In this document: positions 26,401-38,059 of the stretch, one piece after another
Layout of the letters: every line of letters begins with the position of its first letter
How positions within the stretch are numbered: position 1 is the stretch's first letter
Assembly (NCBI RefSeq): GCF_001194135.2
Contig: NC_068988.1
Span: forward strand, 82,492,982 to 82,550,638
DNA from: Octopus bimaculoides
Lineage: Eukaryota
Direction: 5' to 3'
DNA: 57,657 nt
Translations under genes and position numbers: made by a program
The notes under the pieces: model-generated
Told to the model about the DNA's origin: nothing
Database searches by the model: none
What the model saw: the letters and a program-made list of their open reading frames with translations, nothing else

Positions 26401-26849
26401 CATTGATTGATATCAATCCCAGGTTAAAATATTACTGTTAATTGATCACTATCAATCTCAGATTCAAAATGTAGTCCTCAATTCTAAAAGAACTGTGAGG
26501 GGAAGAAAATGTGAATGTAATTTTTAACAAGAAAAAAAAAAAAAAACACTGGTAACAGTATTAGCAGTGAAAAACTTGATTCAGTCATAAGGAAAGCAGG
26601 ATAAGAAATGGCATATCATTATCAAATTTTCTCGATAAAAAAAGCTTAGAGAGAATTTCAATTCGTATTGATCTATTATTTTTGCACATGTGAGAAGTTA
26701 AACTATAATGAGAATTGAGATAATAGTTTCTCATTCAGGAAATCGAGGAAATGGTTTAGGAAGTAGTTCTAAACAATATAGCAATTAGAAAGCTACATTT
26801 TATAACAGTCTGACAAGAGTTCAGAATTAGGGAAGTCAATTTGGCAACA

Positions 26850-27405
26850 ATACAGAGAAAATGGAAAAAGCACTAGGTGTATTGAAAGAAAAGTTAAGCA
26901 TAAGAGGAATTATATATGCAGTGTGCAAGAGAGGAGGCTGCACTGGTTTGGTCACATGAGCTGGAAAGATGAGGACAGATGCATAAACAAGTGCTGATCT
27001 CTTTAAGTGGATGGAGTTTGTGGAAGAGGAAAACCCAAGAAGACATGGGACAAAGTACTGAAGGTTGATTCTTACAAAGCAGATGACAGAGGACTGAGAT
27101 ATGTGGTGCATTGCTGTACTCAAGAAAAGTTGTTCACCACAACAGAATTGATATCCTAAAACCAAGGTTCCACATAAAACATATTGGTGTTGGTGTCACA
27201 TAAAAAGTACTGGTGATGGTGCCACGTAAAAATTACCCAGTACACTCTGTAAAGAGGTTGGCATTAGGAAAGTCATCCAGCTGTAGAAACCAAACCAAAA
27301 CCGATTATGGAACCTGGTGCAGCTCCTGACCATGCCACTTTTTGTCAAGCTGTCCAACCCATGCCAGCATGGAAAACAGACATTAAATGAATGATGGTGA
27401 TGATA
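26850..27405 (+). mobile_element. 5'-truncated RTE LINE (C-terminal coding remnant plus 3' UTR tail)
   Basis: QERRLHWFGH...GRGKPKKTWDKV followed by the ggcattaggaaagtcatccagctgtag...catgccagcatggaaaacagacattaaatga tail. Confidence 0.8.
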
Positions 27406-28377
27406 ATGCACTAATATAGGGAATTCTAGAAATTCTTCAGATAGATAAGAAAATTCCTCAACTAAATTCATATATTTTGCAACCTTTACTCACCTACAAT
27501 CTCAGTTCTTTTGTCCTCACTCCCACTCACCTCGCATCTCGAGGATTCATCCAAACTACTCATCACCACTATTTTTTACCTTTTCCCAGTTCCATCCTGA
27601 TCACCTTTGCCTTCTCTTCTAAAACATGGATAGCCATGTAGCTTTTCTACAACAAGAAAGTTGTCCTGCTCTGGTACCTTCTCTAATACTTTTAACTCCT
27701 CATCTCTGAGCATAAAGTTACCCCTATCAGGAATTATAGTCTTGCAAGCTGCATGGCAACCTCACTAATGCTGGCAGCACAAAGAAAAACACCCAGTATA
27801 CTCTGTAAAGTGGTAGACATTAGGCACTGTCTACATTGGCATCCATCCACGTCAAAGTAGACAGTGAAGTAAAATGTACTCCTGAAGGGGTGCACTATGC
27901 TCCAGTCTACTTTGTCTATTTCACTGTCTAGTTCTTGTCAAACTAAACCAACCCAAACCAGCACGGAACAAGAAAATTAAATGACGATGATAAATAATTA
28001 TTCAGAAGGTTGAAGATGTTTTTTAATTTCTGCTAATTAAAAAAAAAAATTACTTTTAAATATTTACTAAAACAACCAATGGAGATCTATACTAGAGTAG
28101 AAATTTTCAAAACTATTACCAGCCTAAAGTTAGCTACCTAAACACAGAATCAATAACTACATAGTTTACACCCATCACATGCATTCCTACTACTTTCAAT
28201 ATGTGCACCACACTATACAAACCAGATATACGGATTGATTCAACCACTTTCATTCAATGTAAGCAATTAATGATTTCACCGTCTTGATGCCATTCCTAAC
28301 ACAATCCAACCATGAACAGATCTCTCTTTATAACTATTTCTTTATTCTACACAGTCCCCCATCTCTCTCTCTCTCTT

Positions 28378-28379
<2 letters not shown>

Positions 28380-28431
<52 letters not shown>
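28380..28431. repeat. (CA)n microsatellite
   Basis: Direct reading. Confidence 0.95.
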
Positions 28432-28434
<3 letters not shown>

Positions 28435-28684
28435 GCAACAGTCAAACAACAAATCCATTTCCAATATAACCAAACATGTCTAGCAATACAACTTTCCTTT
28501 ATCCTAATATGTATGAATGTTTCCAGTTCTAAAACTGTCAATTGAGCATTAGTCATCAGCTCATGTTGAGAGACGCAGTACTAGACACCTCAAATATATA
28601 AACAGTTCAAAAGGTATATAATCAATATTTTGAAGATAATTTTCCAACATTAATTGCAAAGAGTTATTTAAAAAGATCACTTAC

Positions 28685-28730
28685 CATTGCTTGTTCTATT
28701 TTATTATCAATGGCTACTGTACTTGAACCA
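28685..28730 (-). CDS. TSC22D: TSC22-domain gene, 46-nt internal exon encoding (x)GSSTVAIDNKIEQAM
   Basis: Minus strand reads tttattttgttttgcag|T GGT TCA AGT ACA GTA GCC ATT GAT AAT AAA ATA GAA CAA GCA ATG|gtaagt. It encodes the conserved VAIDNKIEQAM and joins in frame to the 23451 exon across a 5233-nt GT-AG intron. Not in the ORF track. Confidence 0.96.
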
Positions 28731-28816
28731 CTGCAAAACAAAATAAATATATATAAATATTATTGCTAAAACTTTTCACAAAAATAATGATATATAACAA
28801 TATAATTAGTAGTGAC

Positions 28817-28921
<105 letters not shown>

Positions 28922-29807
28922 TGGTGTGTAATAATAACAAAAACAATGAACACTAATTATCACTAGTACCTTTTTGTGCAACCATGACAATGTAACTTCA
29001 ATCAATGGACAAAGTAGATTTTCATTTTGTCACCATAGTATTGTGATCATATTACTAGGCTAAAACCACAACTCTGGTAACTTGTTGAAGTTTCACTTCT
29101 TATTCAAGGATAAAAGGATGCAAATATCTATGACATCTGATAGTGCAATTATGAAGATGTTGGTGATGATTTATTTTTCAAGAGATACAGGCCCAAACTC
29201 TAGCATCTAATAATTCATCAAGCCCAGTATATGTGATGTTGATAACAATAATGAGTGTTGATTAAACTCTTTACTTGATTGGTACTTATTTTATCAAGAT
29301 TTGAACTCATAACAAAGAGATATAACACTAAACAACACAACACAACCAATCCTGCCAAATAATGTTGATAAGACAAGGCCTCGAATTTAGGGGACAGATA
29401 CAGTTGACTAGATTTGAACCTCATCCTCTCAGTATTTAACTAGTGCTTGTTTTATTGACCCTAGAAAAATGACAGGCAAAGTCTATCTAGGCAGGATTTG
29501 AGCACAGAATGTAATGGTACACAACAGAATATCATAAGGTATTTTTATCTGACATGTTTCTGATTCTGAAATGTTAATTATTAATTAAAATCAATTCAAA
29601 AAATGATTTTTATAGGTCTCCACCTCAAATTCTGAAGTAGCATGGCTGAAGTGCATTGTTTTTGAGCAAAACACTTCCTTTCACAATGCTCCAGTCCACT
29701 CAGCTGTAAACGAGGTTCCAGCAATAACTGAGAAGCTAACCCTGTGACAAACTAGCAGCTCATTCAGTAACTTATATGCTATAGAAACCAAGGATCTTTT
29801 TTAAAAC

Positions 29808-30246
29808 GGGGGCCACATTTTTCATTAACGAAACACTTTGAAACTTGGATCACTGGTAGAATGTGTTATATAAAACATCTTTCTCTCTTAGTCTTCTTAA
29901 GAAAAAAAGAAATCCATAAATTATTCCATGTTAAAGTTGTCGTATTTCTGTAATTTCAACCAATCACTGACGTCCATTCAGCCGATATACATTAAGTGCC
30001 GACTACATAAACAAACGATTCTGAAACAATTAACCCTAACCCTAACCCTAACTTTAACCCTAACCCTAACCCTAGGGTTAGAGTTAGGGTTAGGGTTAGG
30101 GTTAAAGCAAATTTAAAATGAAAAAAGCAAATAAAACGAAGAATCGTTTGTTTATGTAGTCGGCACTTAATGTATATCGGCTGAATGGACTTCAGTGATT
30201 GGTTGAAATTATCGAAATAAGACAATTTTTTACATGAAATAAATTT
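29808..30246. mobile_element. Fold-back/MITE-like element with long inverted arms and central inverted telomeric repeats
   Basis: 29915-30022 is the reverse complement of 30140-30246 (inner roughly 70 bp with one mismatch). Centre (TAACCC)n-CTA-(GGGTTA)n at 30031-30104. The right end is lost in an N gap. Confidence 0.75.
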
Positions 30247-31062
30247 NNNNNNNNNNNNNNNNNNNNNNNNNNNNNNNNNNNNNNNNNNNNNNNNNNNNNN
30301 NNNNNNNNNNNNNNNNNNNNNNNNNNNNNNNNNNNNNNNNNNNNNNNNNNNNNNNNNNNNNNNNNNNNNNNNNNNNNNNNNNNNNNNNNNNNNNNNNNNN
30401 NNNNNNNNNNNNNNNNNNNNNNNNNNNNNNNNNNNNNNNNNNNNNNNNNNNNNNNNNNNNNNNNNNNNNNNNNNNNNNNNNNNNNNNNNNNNNNNNNNNN
30501 NNNNNNNNNNNNNNNNNNNNNNNNNNNNNNNNNNNNNNNNNNNNNNNNNNNNNNNNNNNNNNNNNNNNNNNNNNNNNNNNNNNNNNNNNNNNNNNNNNNN
30601 NNNNNNNNNNNNNNNNNNNNNNNNNNNNNNNNNNNNNNNNNNNNNNNNNNNNNNNNNNNNNNNNNNNNNNNNNNNNNNNNNNNNNNNNNNNNNNNNNNNN
30701 NNNNNNNNNNNNNNNNNNNNNNNNNNNNNNNNNNNNNNNNNNNNNNNNNNNNNNNNNNNNNNNNNNNNNNNNNNNNNNNNNNNNNNNNNNNNNNNNNNNN
30801 NNNNNNNNNNNNNNNNNNNNNNNNNNNNNNNNNNNNNNNNNNNNNNNNNNNNNNNNNNNNNNNNNNNNNNNNNNNNNNNNNNNNNNNNNNNNNNNNNNNN
30901 NNNNNNNNNNNNNNNNNNNNNNNNNNNNNNNNNNNNNNNNNNNNNNNNNNNNNNNNNNNNNNNNNNNNNNNNNNNNNNNNNNNNNNNNNNNNNNNNNNNN
31001 NNNNNNNNNNNNNNNNNNNNNNNNNNNNNNNNNNNNNNNNNNNNNNNNNNNNNNNNNNNNNN

Positions 31063-31106
<44 letters not shown>

Positions 31107-31284
31107 AAACAGAATAGTTGCATTTATATATATAAAGTATTGTTATACAATTATAATAGCAACAGGTTAGGCTATGGTAAAGAAACAATGAACCTTGCCC
31201 CTCCCACATATCCCAGTGAAAAAGTATCTAAAAAGCAAACCACATAGAAATGTGTGAAAAATTTGAACAGCATATGAATGAGGA

Positions 31285-31386
31285 TGACTACTAAAATATT
31301 TCACACCCACAGACATCATAACTAAAGTGGGTAATTATATCTTTAGATACTCTAACTGAACTCATTCTGAATGTCATCAGGTCAAA
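31285..31386 (-). ncRNA. Degraded hammerhead-like motif
   Basis: Minus strand: tttgac-CTGATGA-catt caga...tctg tg ggtg t-GAAA-T-atttta-G-TA-gtca. Same stem I (tgac/gtca) as the 53.4-kb motif, but the first stem II pair is out of register and stem III has a U.G pair. Confidence 0.4.
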
Positions 31387-32349
31387 GCAATAAAAAAAAA
31401 AGCACATTTATATAATTTAGTTATTGTGATATTCAATTTATCTAAAAGAAGGATTTTGTCATCCACAATATCTGTTTCAAAAACACACCATCTAATGCAG
31501 AATGCCAAAAAAATAACAATAATGGTGTTTGTTTATTTTTGTTACTGCATGACAGTCTATATGTATATATAATGGTAAATTCAAGACAAAACTACTGTGG
31601 GACAAAACAGGTGTCTTGCTAAAGAGATGAATAAAACATGGCTTTCCCAATAAGAGCAAGTGAGAAAGAGAATGAGGAGGTACACACAAGATACAAGGTG
31701 AATATGAGAGAGAATATTTAATACAAAATATAATGGTTGTCAAATGGGGATACTTTGTATTCCAACAGCTTCACTTAATCCACATGCTAGGTAATAACTA
31801 CTACACAGTAGAGAGGGGGTGAGAGGGAGACAGAGAAGTGGAGAAGAGATAGGAACTGTGCCAACAACCATTTTAAACTTTATTATAGTGAAATTGCATA
31901 CTTTCCTAAAGATACCATCTTCATAATCAAGAGCCACACATGTAGCATATGAGGATGTCAAATCCTTCCTAAATTATCTCTTATTACATTCTTGAGTTTT
32001 CAAATAGTAAAAACTTCTAACAAATCAAAAGTGTGATAAAGAAACCAGAGAAGCTTAAATATACGAATGAGATGGAACAGCACAGTCTTAATAAGAACAA
32101 TGAATAAGCAATAACAGCAATTCAATTCATAAGACTGACCATATGATTTAAACTACAACAGCTTAACTACAAAAGAACCATCCAACTAATACAATTCATA
32201 AGACATAAACTTAGCTCAATTATGGTTATCTCTGAAGTTGCCAATATTAAAAGTATTAATGAATTTATTTTGCTCATAATTTTGCAGCTATAAATTAGCT
32301 CTGATAAGTTGAACATAAATTTATAAATCTAATACAGCCTTAATGTCAT

Positions 32350-33075
32350 TGCCCAGAATACATATGTCCAACGTAACTGGGGTGTCAGATGCAAGTCTAC
32401 CTTCAGGCAGATTGAAAAATCATTAGACGAGCATAGTGCAGGCTGGTTCCCCCAACACACTACTCTGAATGACATAATTAGAAGGGGCCTTGATGTGGTC
32501 AGCTTCCTGTTACAATTGGAGCCAGTAGGTCTCGGTCACAGAGGTGGTAAGCACTCCAACAGAATAACCCTCTTTCTATTCAAGGGAGACAGATCCTTAA
32601 TCTGGGAATGCAACATGCTACAACATGTTCTCTAGCTCCAGCCCTGCTGCATTGGCCACAAACCCAGGTATCACTGCCCATAAACACAGGGATGAGAAAA
32701 ATAAAGAGATACAGAAGTTTGATCAGCCACTATCAGTTTGTGCCGTTCACCATTGACACCCCGGGTATTCTGACCTTGCACTATTGATTTCCTCTGCAAA
32801 ATTGGGGTAACTGTGGCCAATCTGAGAAATGAGACCTGCAAGGTGGGGGTGGCTGCTGCAGTGAGTATTGCCAGCCATTCTCCACAGCAATGCCTTTGCA
32901 CAAAGGTGCTGCTAAATACACCATTTTTTCTAGGGTGTACAACCCATTAATCCGACCCCCCATCTTTGGCTGCTTAATCTACCCCACTTCCTACTTTTTC
33001 TTTGTTTCCTTGATCTATTATACTTTTAACGTTTTTTTTTCTCCATTTCTTTCTGTCAATGTATGTTAATAAAAA
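32350..33075 (+). mobile_element. 3' fragment of a restriction-like-endonuclease non-LTR retrotransposon (CRE-like)
   Basis: Decayed translation SAGWFPQHTTLNDIIRRGLD...LEPVGL...RITLFLFKGDRSLIW...KRYRSLISHYQFVPFTIDTPG...WLLQ*VLPAILHSNA follows the RLE pattern RH..LNDII..AL, EP.GL, RPDG.TL.PW..G..L.WD, Y.FVPF.VET and QRGNA. AATAAA at 33068. Confidence 0.75.
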
Positions 33076-35284
33076 CAAAGTCTATTTCCTGTAAAAAACG
33101 AAAAAATGTAAAAAGTTACTGAAAATGCTGACTATTAAATTAATACAGTGTCACCAAAGTTAATTATAAGAACATTCACTATGTTGTTACCAAAAGATAA
33201 CTCTAGCAAGCATTAGTTTTCTTTCATTGTCATGGTTTACAGAGATTATATTATATACAGAATGTAGGTACAATAAAATCAAGTGAGAGCATTAAGGAAA
33301 CCTGTTCGTATCAATGCTGATCATAGACTAAAGGTTACACTAGATATTTTTTTAATATGTTCCATTTTTAATACTAAAGCAATAAATTTGAAACAAAAAT
33401 AACTCTTGCTTTAGTGAAACAATCATTATGACATTTCATTGGATCAATAATTTTTAAGCATTATTCAGTTTAGAATTTGATACATTTTATTTTATTTTAC
33501 CCATTTCAGCTTGTTGAATATAATCACATACTTTAATTTAATTTATTAAATTAAAATACAATTTTTATTATGAGCAATAATTTCAGTTTTCTCAGGACTC
33601 ATAATCAGAATTTATTTTTAAAACAACACAAATAAGATCCCAAAAGTATTTAATTAGTCTCTGAATCATTAAATTAACAACATCTCAAAATATCAGCCTA
33701 ACCACTCAAAGCTAGTTTCCTTGGTTAAACAGTAAGAAACTATAGAGAAAAAAAATCAAAATGAATAACAACACACATAAAAATACACTTCTCTTGTCTT
33801 GAGTTCTATGGATTCATATCTTTTATAAACTCTTCCAACAATATTGGTAGCATATAAAACAGCAATAAAGTTAGAAATAAAACAAAAAAGGTTCACAACC
33901 AACAAATCACTTAACCCATTAATGCATAGTCTAATTTACCATTTTAGAATTAATTACAGTTAAATAACAAGAAAAATAGTAAGGACAAAAAGTCATAAAA
34001 TAATCATTGAACAATTGTTTGGATTCATGAAAAGTTAATGTGAGCAGAATTTAAACTAGAAATAAATACTTGTTATTGTATAATTTTCTGAATGACCTGC
34101 TTTCAGGCATACAATGTATTGTCAATAGGTTATGAACCTTAATCTAAATGGCGGCCAAATACACATCAGATTCAATAAGAGGAGATCTAAGGCATAAGAT
34201 GTATATCACAAAATGCAACATAAAAACATATACATATGATGATATATAAAATGATTTAAGTACTTAATACTATTAGATTTTCAAAGACACAGTAAGGTTT
34301 GTTTACATAAATTAGTTTGCTAAATGATGCACATAACAAAAAAAAAAAAAGAAAAATTAGGTGTACTTAAAGACATCATTAAATACAGATCAGCAAATAA
34401 ACAGAATGTTTGATTTATATAATTCTGGCAGAAGCTTATTTCAGACTGACTGAATAAAAGTGAATTTGTTTAAATAAATATTGATCTCAAAACACATACA
34501 CCAATAATCTTCAGAATTTTACTAGTGAATCCAATCTTAAGCTTTTCAATTGACAGTCTCAATAGACTTTTCCACCTATTCTCAGCACCCATTTTCAAAA
34601 CTATCACTAAAATTATATTCTCTTTAAACTTATAATCATTATAAAACAATAAAAAATCAAAATGACAATAGTAACTTGATGTATTAAAATACTTGCTAAT
34701 CAAAAACAAAGCTGTTTTAATGCCTAACATTAACAAAAACATCTATCATCTCAAAGTTACACATTACTTGGAATTTGAATTTTATCTCTGGCTGTAAAAA
34801 ATCTGATCTGAACAATGACATTTGTGTCAAAGTAACAGTAAAAGAGCAACTATTCATAATAAAACTAGCTAAAATCTAAAACAAAATACAATAAAAATTC
34901 AGAAAAACTGAGATTTTTATACATCCCAATATTTCCTCAGTATAATTAGTATAGTGACAAAACCAAATTGATGATAGAATTTTTTTTAATTTTTAGAAAA
35001 TACCACTGAATTTGACTGTTTCAAAATTGTATAACAATTGACAGTTTCGTAGCCAAAAGTCTCTTTCTTGAGTCATAAATTCATAGGGCTGCTTTCACAG
35101 ATTCTCTGGTGTGTATACTCCCCAGTAGATAGGATGCCAGTCTGTCCCAAGAATACTCATTTTTCCTAGCTAAATAGATTGGAGCAAAGTGAAAGAGTTT
35201 TGCTCAAGAACATAATACATTGCCTGGTCCAAGAATCGAAACACACACACCACTGTACATTGTGATGATTCAGCCTCTGAAAAT

Positions 35285-36050
35285 GGGGCCAAAACTAACA
35301 GCTTTTAGGACTGCCATCCGATATCAATGGTCTGCCCTATCAAATGCCTTGTACTGACCCAAACTGACCCGTACCCCACCAAAGTCAGATCTATTCCCAA
35401 CTGTCTTACTGTGTAATGCATGAGGTAGAGGTCACTGCAGATAGATCTGCCAGGAATCAGACAGGTTTGTCTGTCTTTGACTATACTACTAACAACAAGC
35501 ACTAGCCTCTTGGTGAGCACTTTAGCTAAAATTTTGAACTGGGTGTTGAGCAGAGTTATGGGTCTGAAATTTTCAATCACAGTCCCCTAGTTCAGATCTT
35601 ACCCCAGCACAATCACCGCTCCCTGCCTCACATGACTGGGAATTCCCCCAGTCTGTTGCTAACTACACTAGATAGCAGCCTGAACAGGAGTGAACAAGTA
35701 AAACATGTAGAAATATAAATCAAAGGGCAGACCATCCAATCTTGGTGAGTTATGCCTGAAACAGTGACTCAGCACATCTTCCACTTCCTCTGCTGAAATC
35801 AGCTACTGACAATATTCAATCTCCTTGTACGATAGGCATGGCACATCATTGCTGCCTCAAGTATAACACCCCATCAAAAACAGTCCTGCAAAGTGCTTCT
35901 AAAACATTGCACTCATCTGCTTGGAATTGGAGGGCACATGGTCACTGCAGTCCACCACAGACCAAATTCTAACTCTGCTGCTGTGATGTGCCTCTACCAC
36001 CCAGGCCCAACAAACATGCTAGAGCATGCAGTCCAACTCAGCTCTGGGCA
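35285..36050 (-). mobile_element. L1/Tx1-like LINE reverse transcriptase fragment
   Basis: ISAEEVEDVL...SPRLDGLP...IENFRPITLLNTQFKILAKVLTKRL...QTCLIPGRSI, typical early RT domains of L1/Tx1. Decayed. Confidence 0.85.
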
Positions 36051-36357
36051 TATATCCCTAGGTTGTCACACATACTTTTTAACAAATTAACCATGTAGCC
36101 AACAGTAGCATAGTAAGAGTTTTGTTTGACTGCTGGGGATGGGTTTCAAAATTATAGTTAGGTAGGTAGATTCACAGACAAGGACATAGAGATTAATAGG
36201 AAGACAGAAAGACACAGACAGGATGTGTATGTGTGTGTGTACGTATAGACATACACACATATGTATATATAGTAAAAAGATGAAGGAAGGATGATGATGT
36301 AACTTTAACACAAGTTACTAGAATATATTTTGAGAATTTCTAACAACCATATAGATA

Positions 36358-36748
36358 GGTGTAGGCATGGCTGTATTTTAACAAGCTTGCTTCCCAACCA
36401 CATGGTTCAGGTTCAGTCCCACTGTATGCCACCTTAGGCAGGTGTCTTCTATTATAGCCTTGGCTCAACTAAATCCTTGTAAGTAGATTGGTAGATGGAA
36501 ACTAAAAGAAGCCTGTCATGTGTGTGTGCGTGTCTTTGTATCTTTGTTTATTTCCCACCACTGCTTGACAACCAGCATTGGTGTTTTTATGTCCCTGCAA
36601 CTTAGTGATTCAGCAAAAATGACCAATAGAATAAGTACCAAGGGTAAAAAAATAAGCACTAAGGTAGATTCATCTGACTAAAAATTTTTCAAGGTGGTGC
36701 CCCAGCATGGACGCAGTGTAATAACTGACACAAGTAAAACATGAAAGC
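36358..36748 (+). mobile_element. Near full-length tRNA-derived SINE (family A)
   Basis: tRNA-like head ggtgtaggcatggctgt...ggttcagtccc, central caccttaggcaggtgtcttct, internal (TG)n, tail ccagcatgg...acaagtaaaa. Further copies or fragments near 10186-10400(-), 13790-13960(-), 15486-15540(+), 20680-20800(-), 38060-38220(-), 40320-40470(-) and 42900-43010(-). Confidence 0.75.
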
Positions 36749-37968
36749 AACAATATATATACACATACACACGCGNNNNNNNNNNNNNNNNNNNNNNNNN
36801 NNNNNNNNNNNNNNNNNNNNNNNNNNNNNNNNNNNNNNNNNNNNNNNNNNNNNNNNNNNNNNNNNNNNNNNNNNNNNNNNNNNNNNNNNNNNNNNNNNNN
36901 NNNNNNNNNNNNNNNNNNNNNNNNNNNNNNNNNNNNNNNNNNNNNNNNNNNNNNNNNNNNNNNNNNNNNNNNNNNNNNNNNNNNNNNNNNNNNNNNNNNN
37001 NNNNNNNNNNNNNNNNNNNNNNNNNNNNNNNNNNNNNNNNNNNNNNNNNNNNNNNNNNNNNNNNNNNNNNNNNNNNNNNNNNNNNNNNNNNNNNNNNNNN
37101 NNNNNNNNNNNNNNNNNNNNNNNNNNNNNNNNNNNNNNNNNNNNNNNNNNNNNNNNNNNNNNNNNNNNNNNNNNNNNNNNNNNNNNNNNNNNNNNNNNNN
37201 NNNNNNNNNNNNNNNNNNNNNNNNNNNNNNNNNNNNNNNNNNNNNNNNNNNNNNNNNNNNNNNNNNNNNNNNNNNNNNNNNNNNNNNNNNNNNNNNNNNN
37301 NNNNNNNNNNNNNNNNNNNNNNNNNNNNNNNNNNNNNNNNNTTTTTTTTTTTTTTTTGTCAATCTGTGATTAAATATTTCTACTTTGTCTAAATGCTTAT
37401 ATCTTATTTTTAATATAAATGAAAATATACTGCTATATATCAAACCATTATCATTTCCATTTGATTACTTGGCTACTCAATAAGAGATTATGCCATACCA
37501 ATTCCATTTTCTAAATTGATTCCTACAATAGGCACAAGAACACAATTTGTGGCAGGAGGCAACAGCCAATTGCATGGGTACCAAAATGATACAAGATACA
37601 AGTTGATCTTAATGGCATTTTTTAATTCAGAATATAGAGAGCATCATTAACATGAAAGGTATTGTAATTTCTCAATCAGAAGAAAATCAATTGTTAAATA
37701 ATAATTATCATAAAAATATCCCAAGCAATTGTGCTTACATATACCAAGCATTAGATTTAGTGTTTGATTAATACTCTATAACTTGTTTCAAGGCATTTGA
37801 CTGGCCATGATGGGATTCCACTTTAATGGATTCAGTCATCATTTAAATCGATCCCAGTATCCGTATTCTACCCGATCCATTTTACCTAACTGCTAAATTA
37901 CAAGGGATACAAACAAACCAACACCAGTTATAACTGGTGAAAAAATAACACGCATACATACATATATA

Positions 37969-38023
<55 letters not shown>

Positions 38024-38025
38024 GC

Positions 38026-38059
<34 letters not shown>

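Noticed and set aside
30031-30104. Ancestral telomere-telomere fusion site
   Set aside because: The orientation is (CCCTAA)n-(TTAGGG)n, opposite to a fusion scar. The array is short and sits inside a larger inverted-repeat element.
31740-31961. ORF MTSSYATCVALDYEDG... or a phase-2 MKMVSLGN exon as the TSC22 first exon
   Set aside because: The donor is weaker (GTATGC), with no promoter cues and no homology. It cannot be distinguished from chance.
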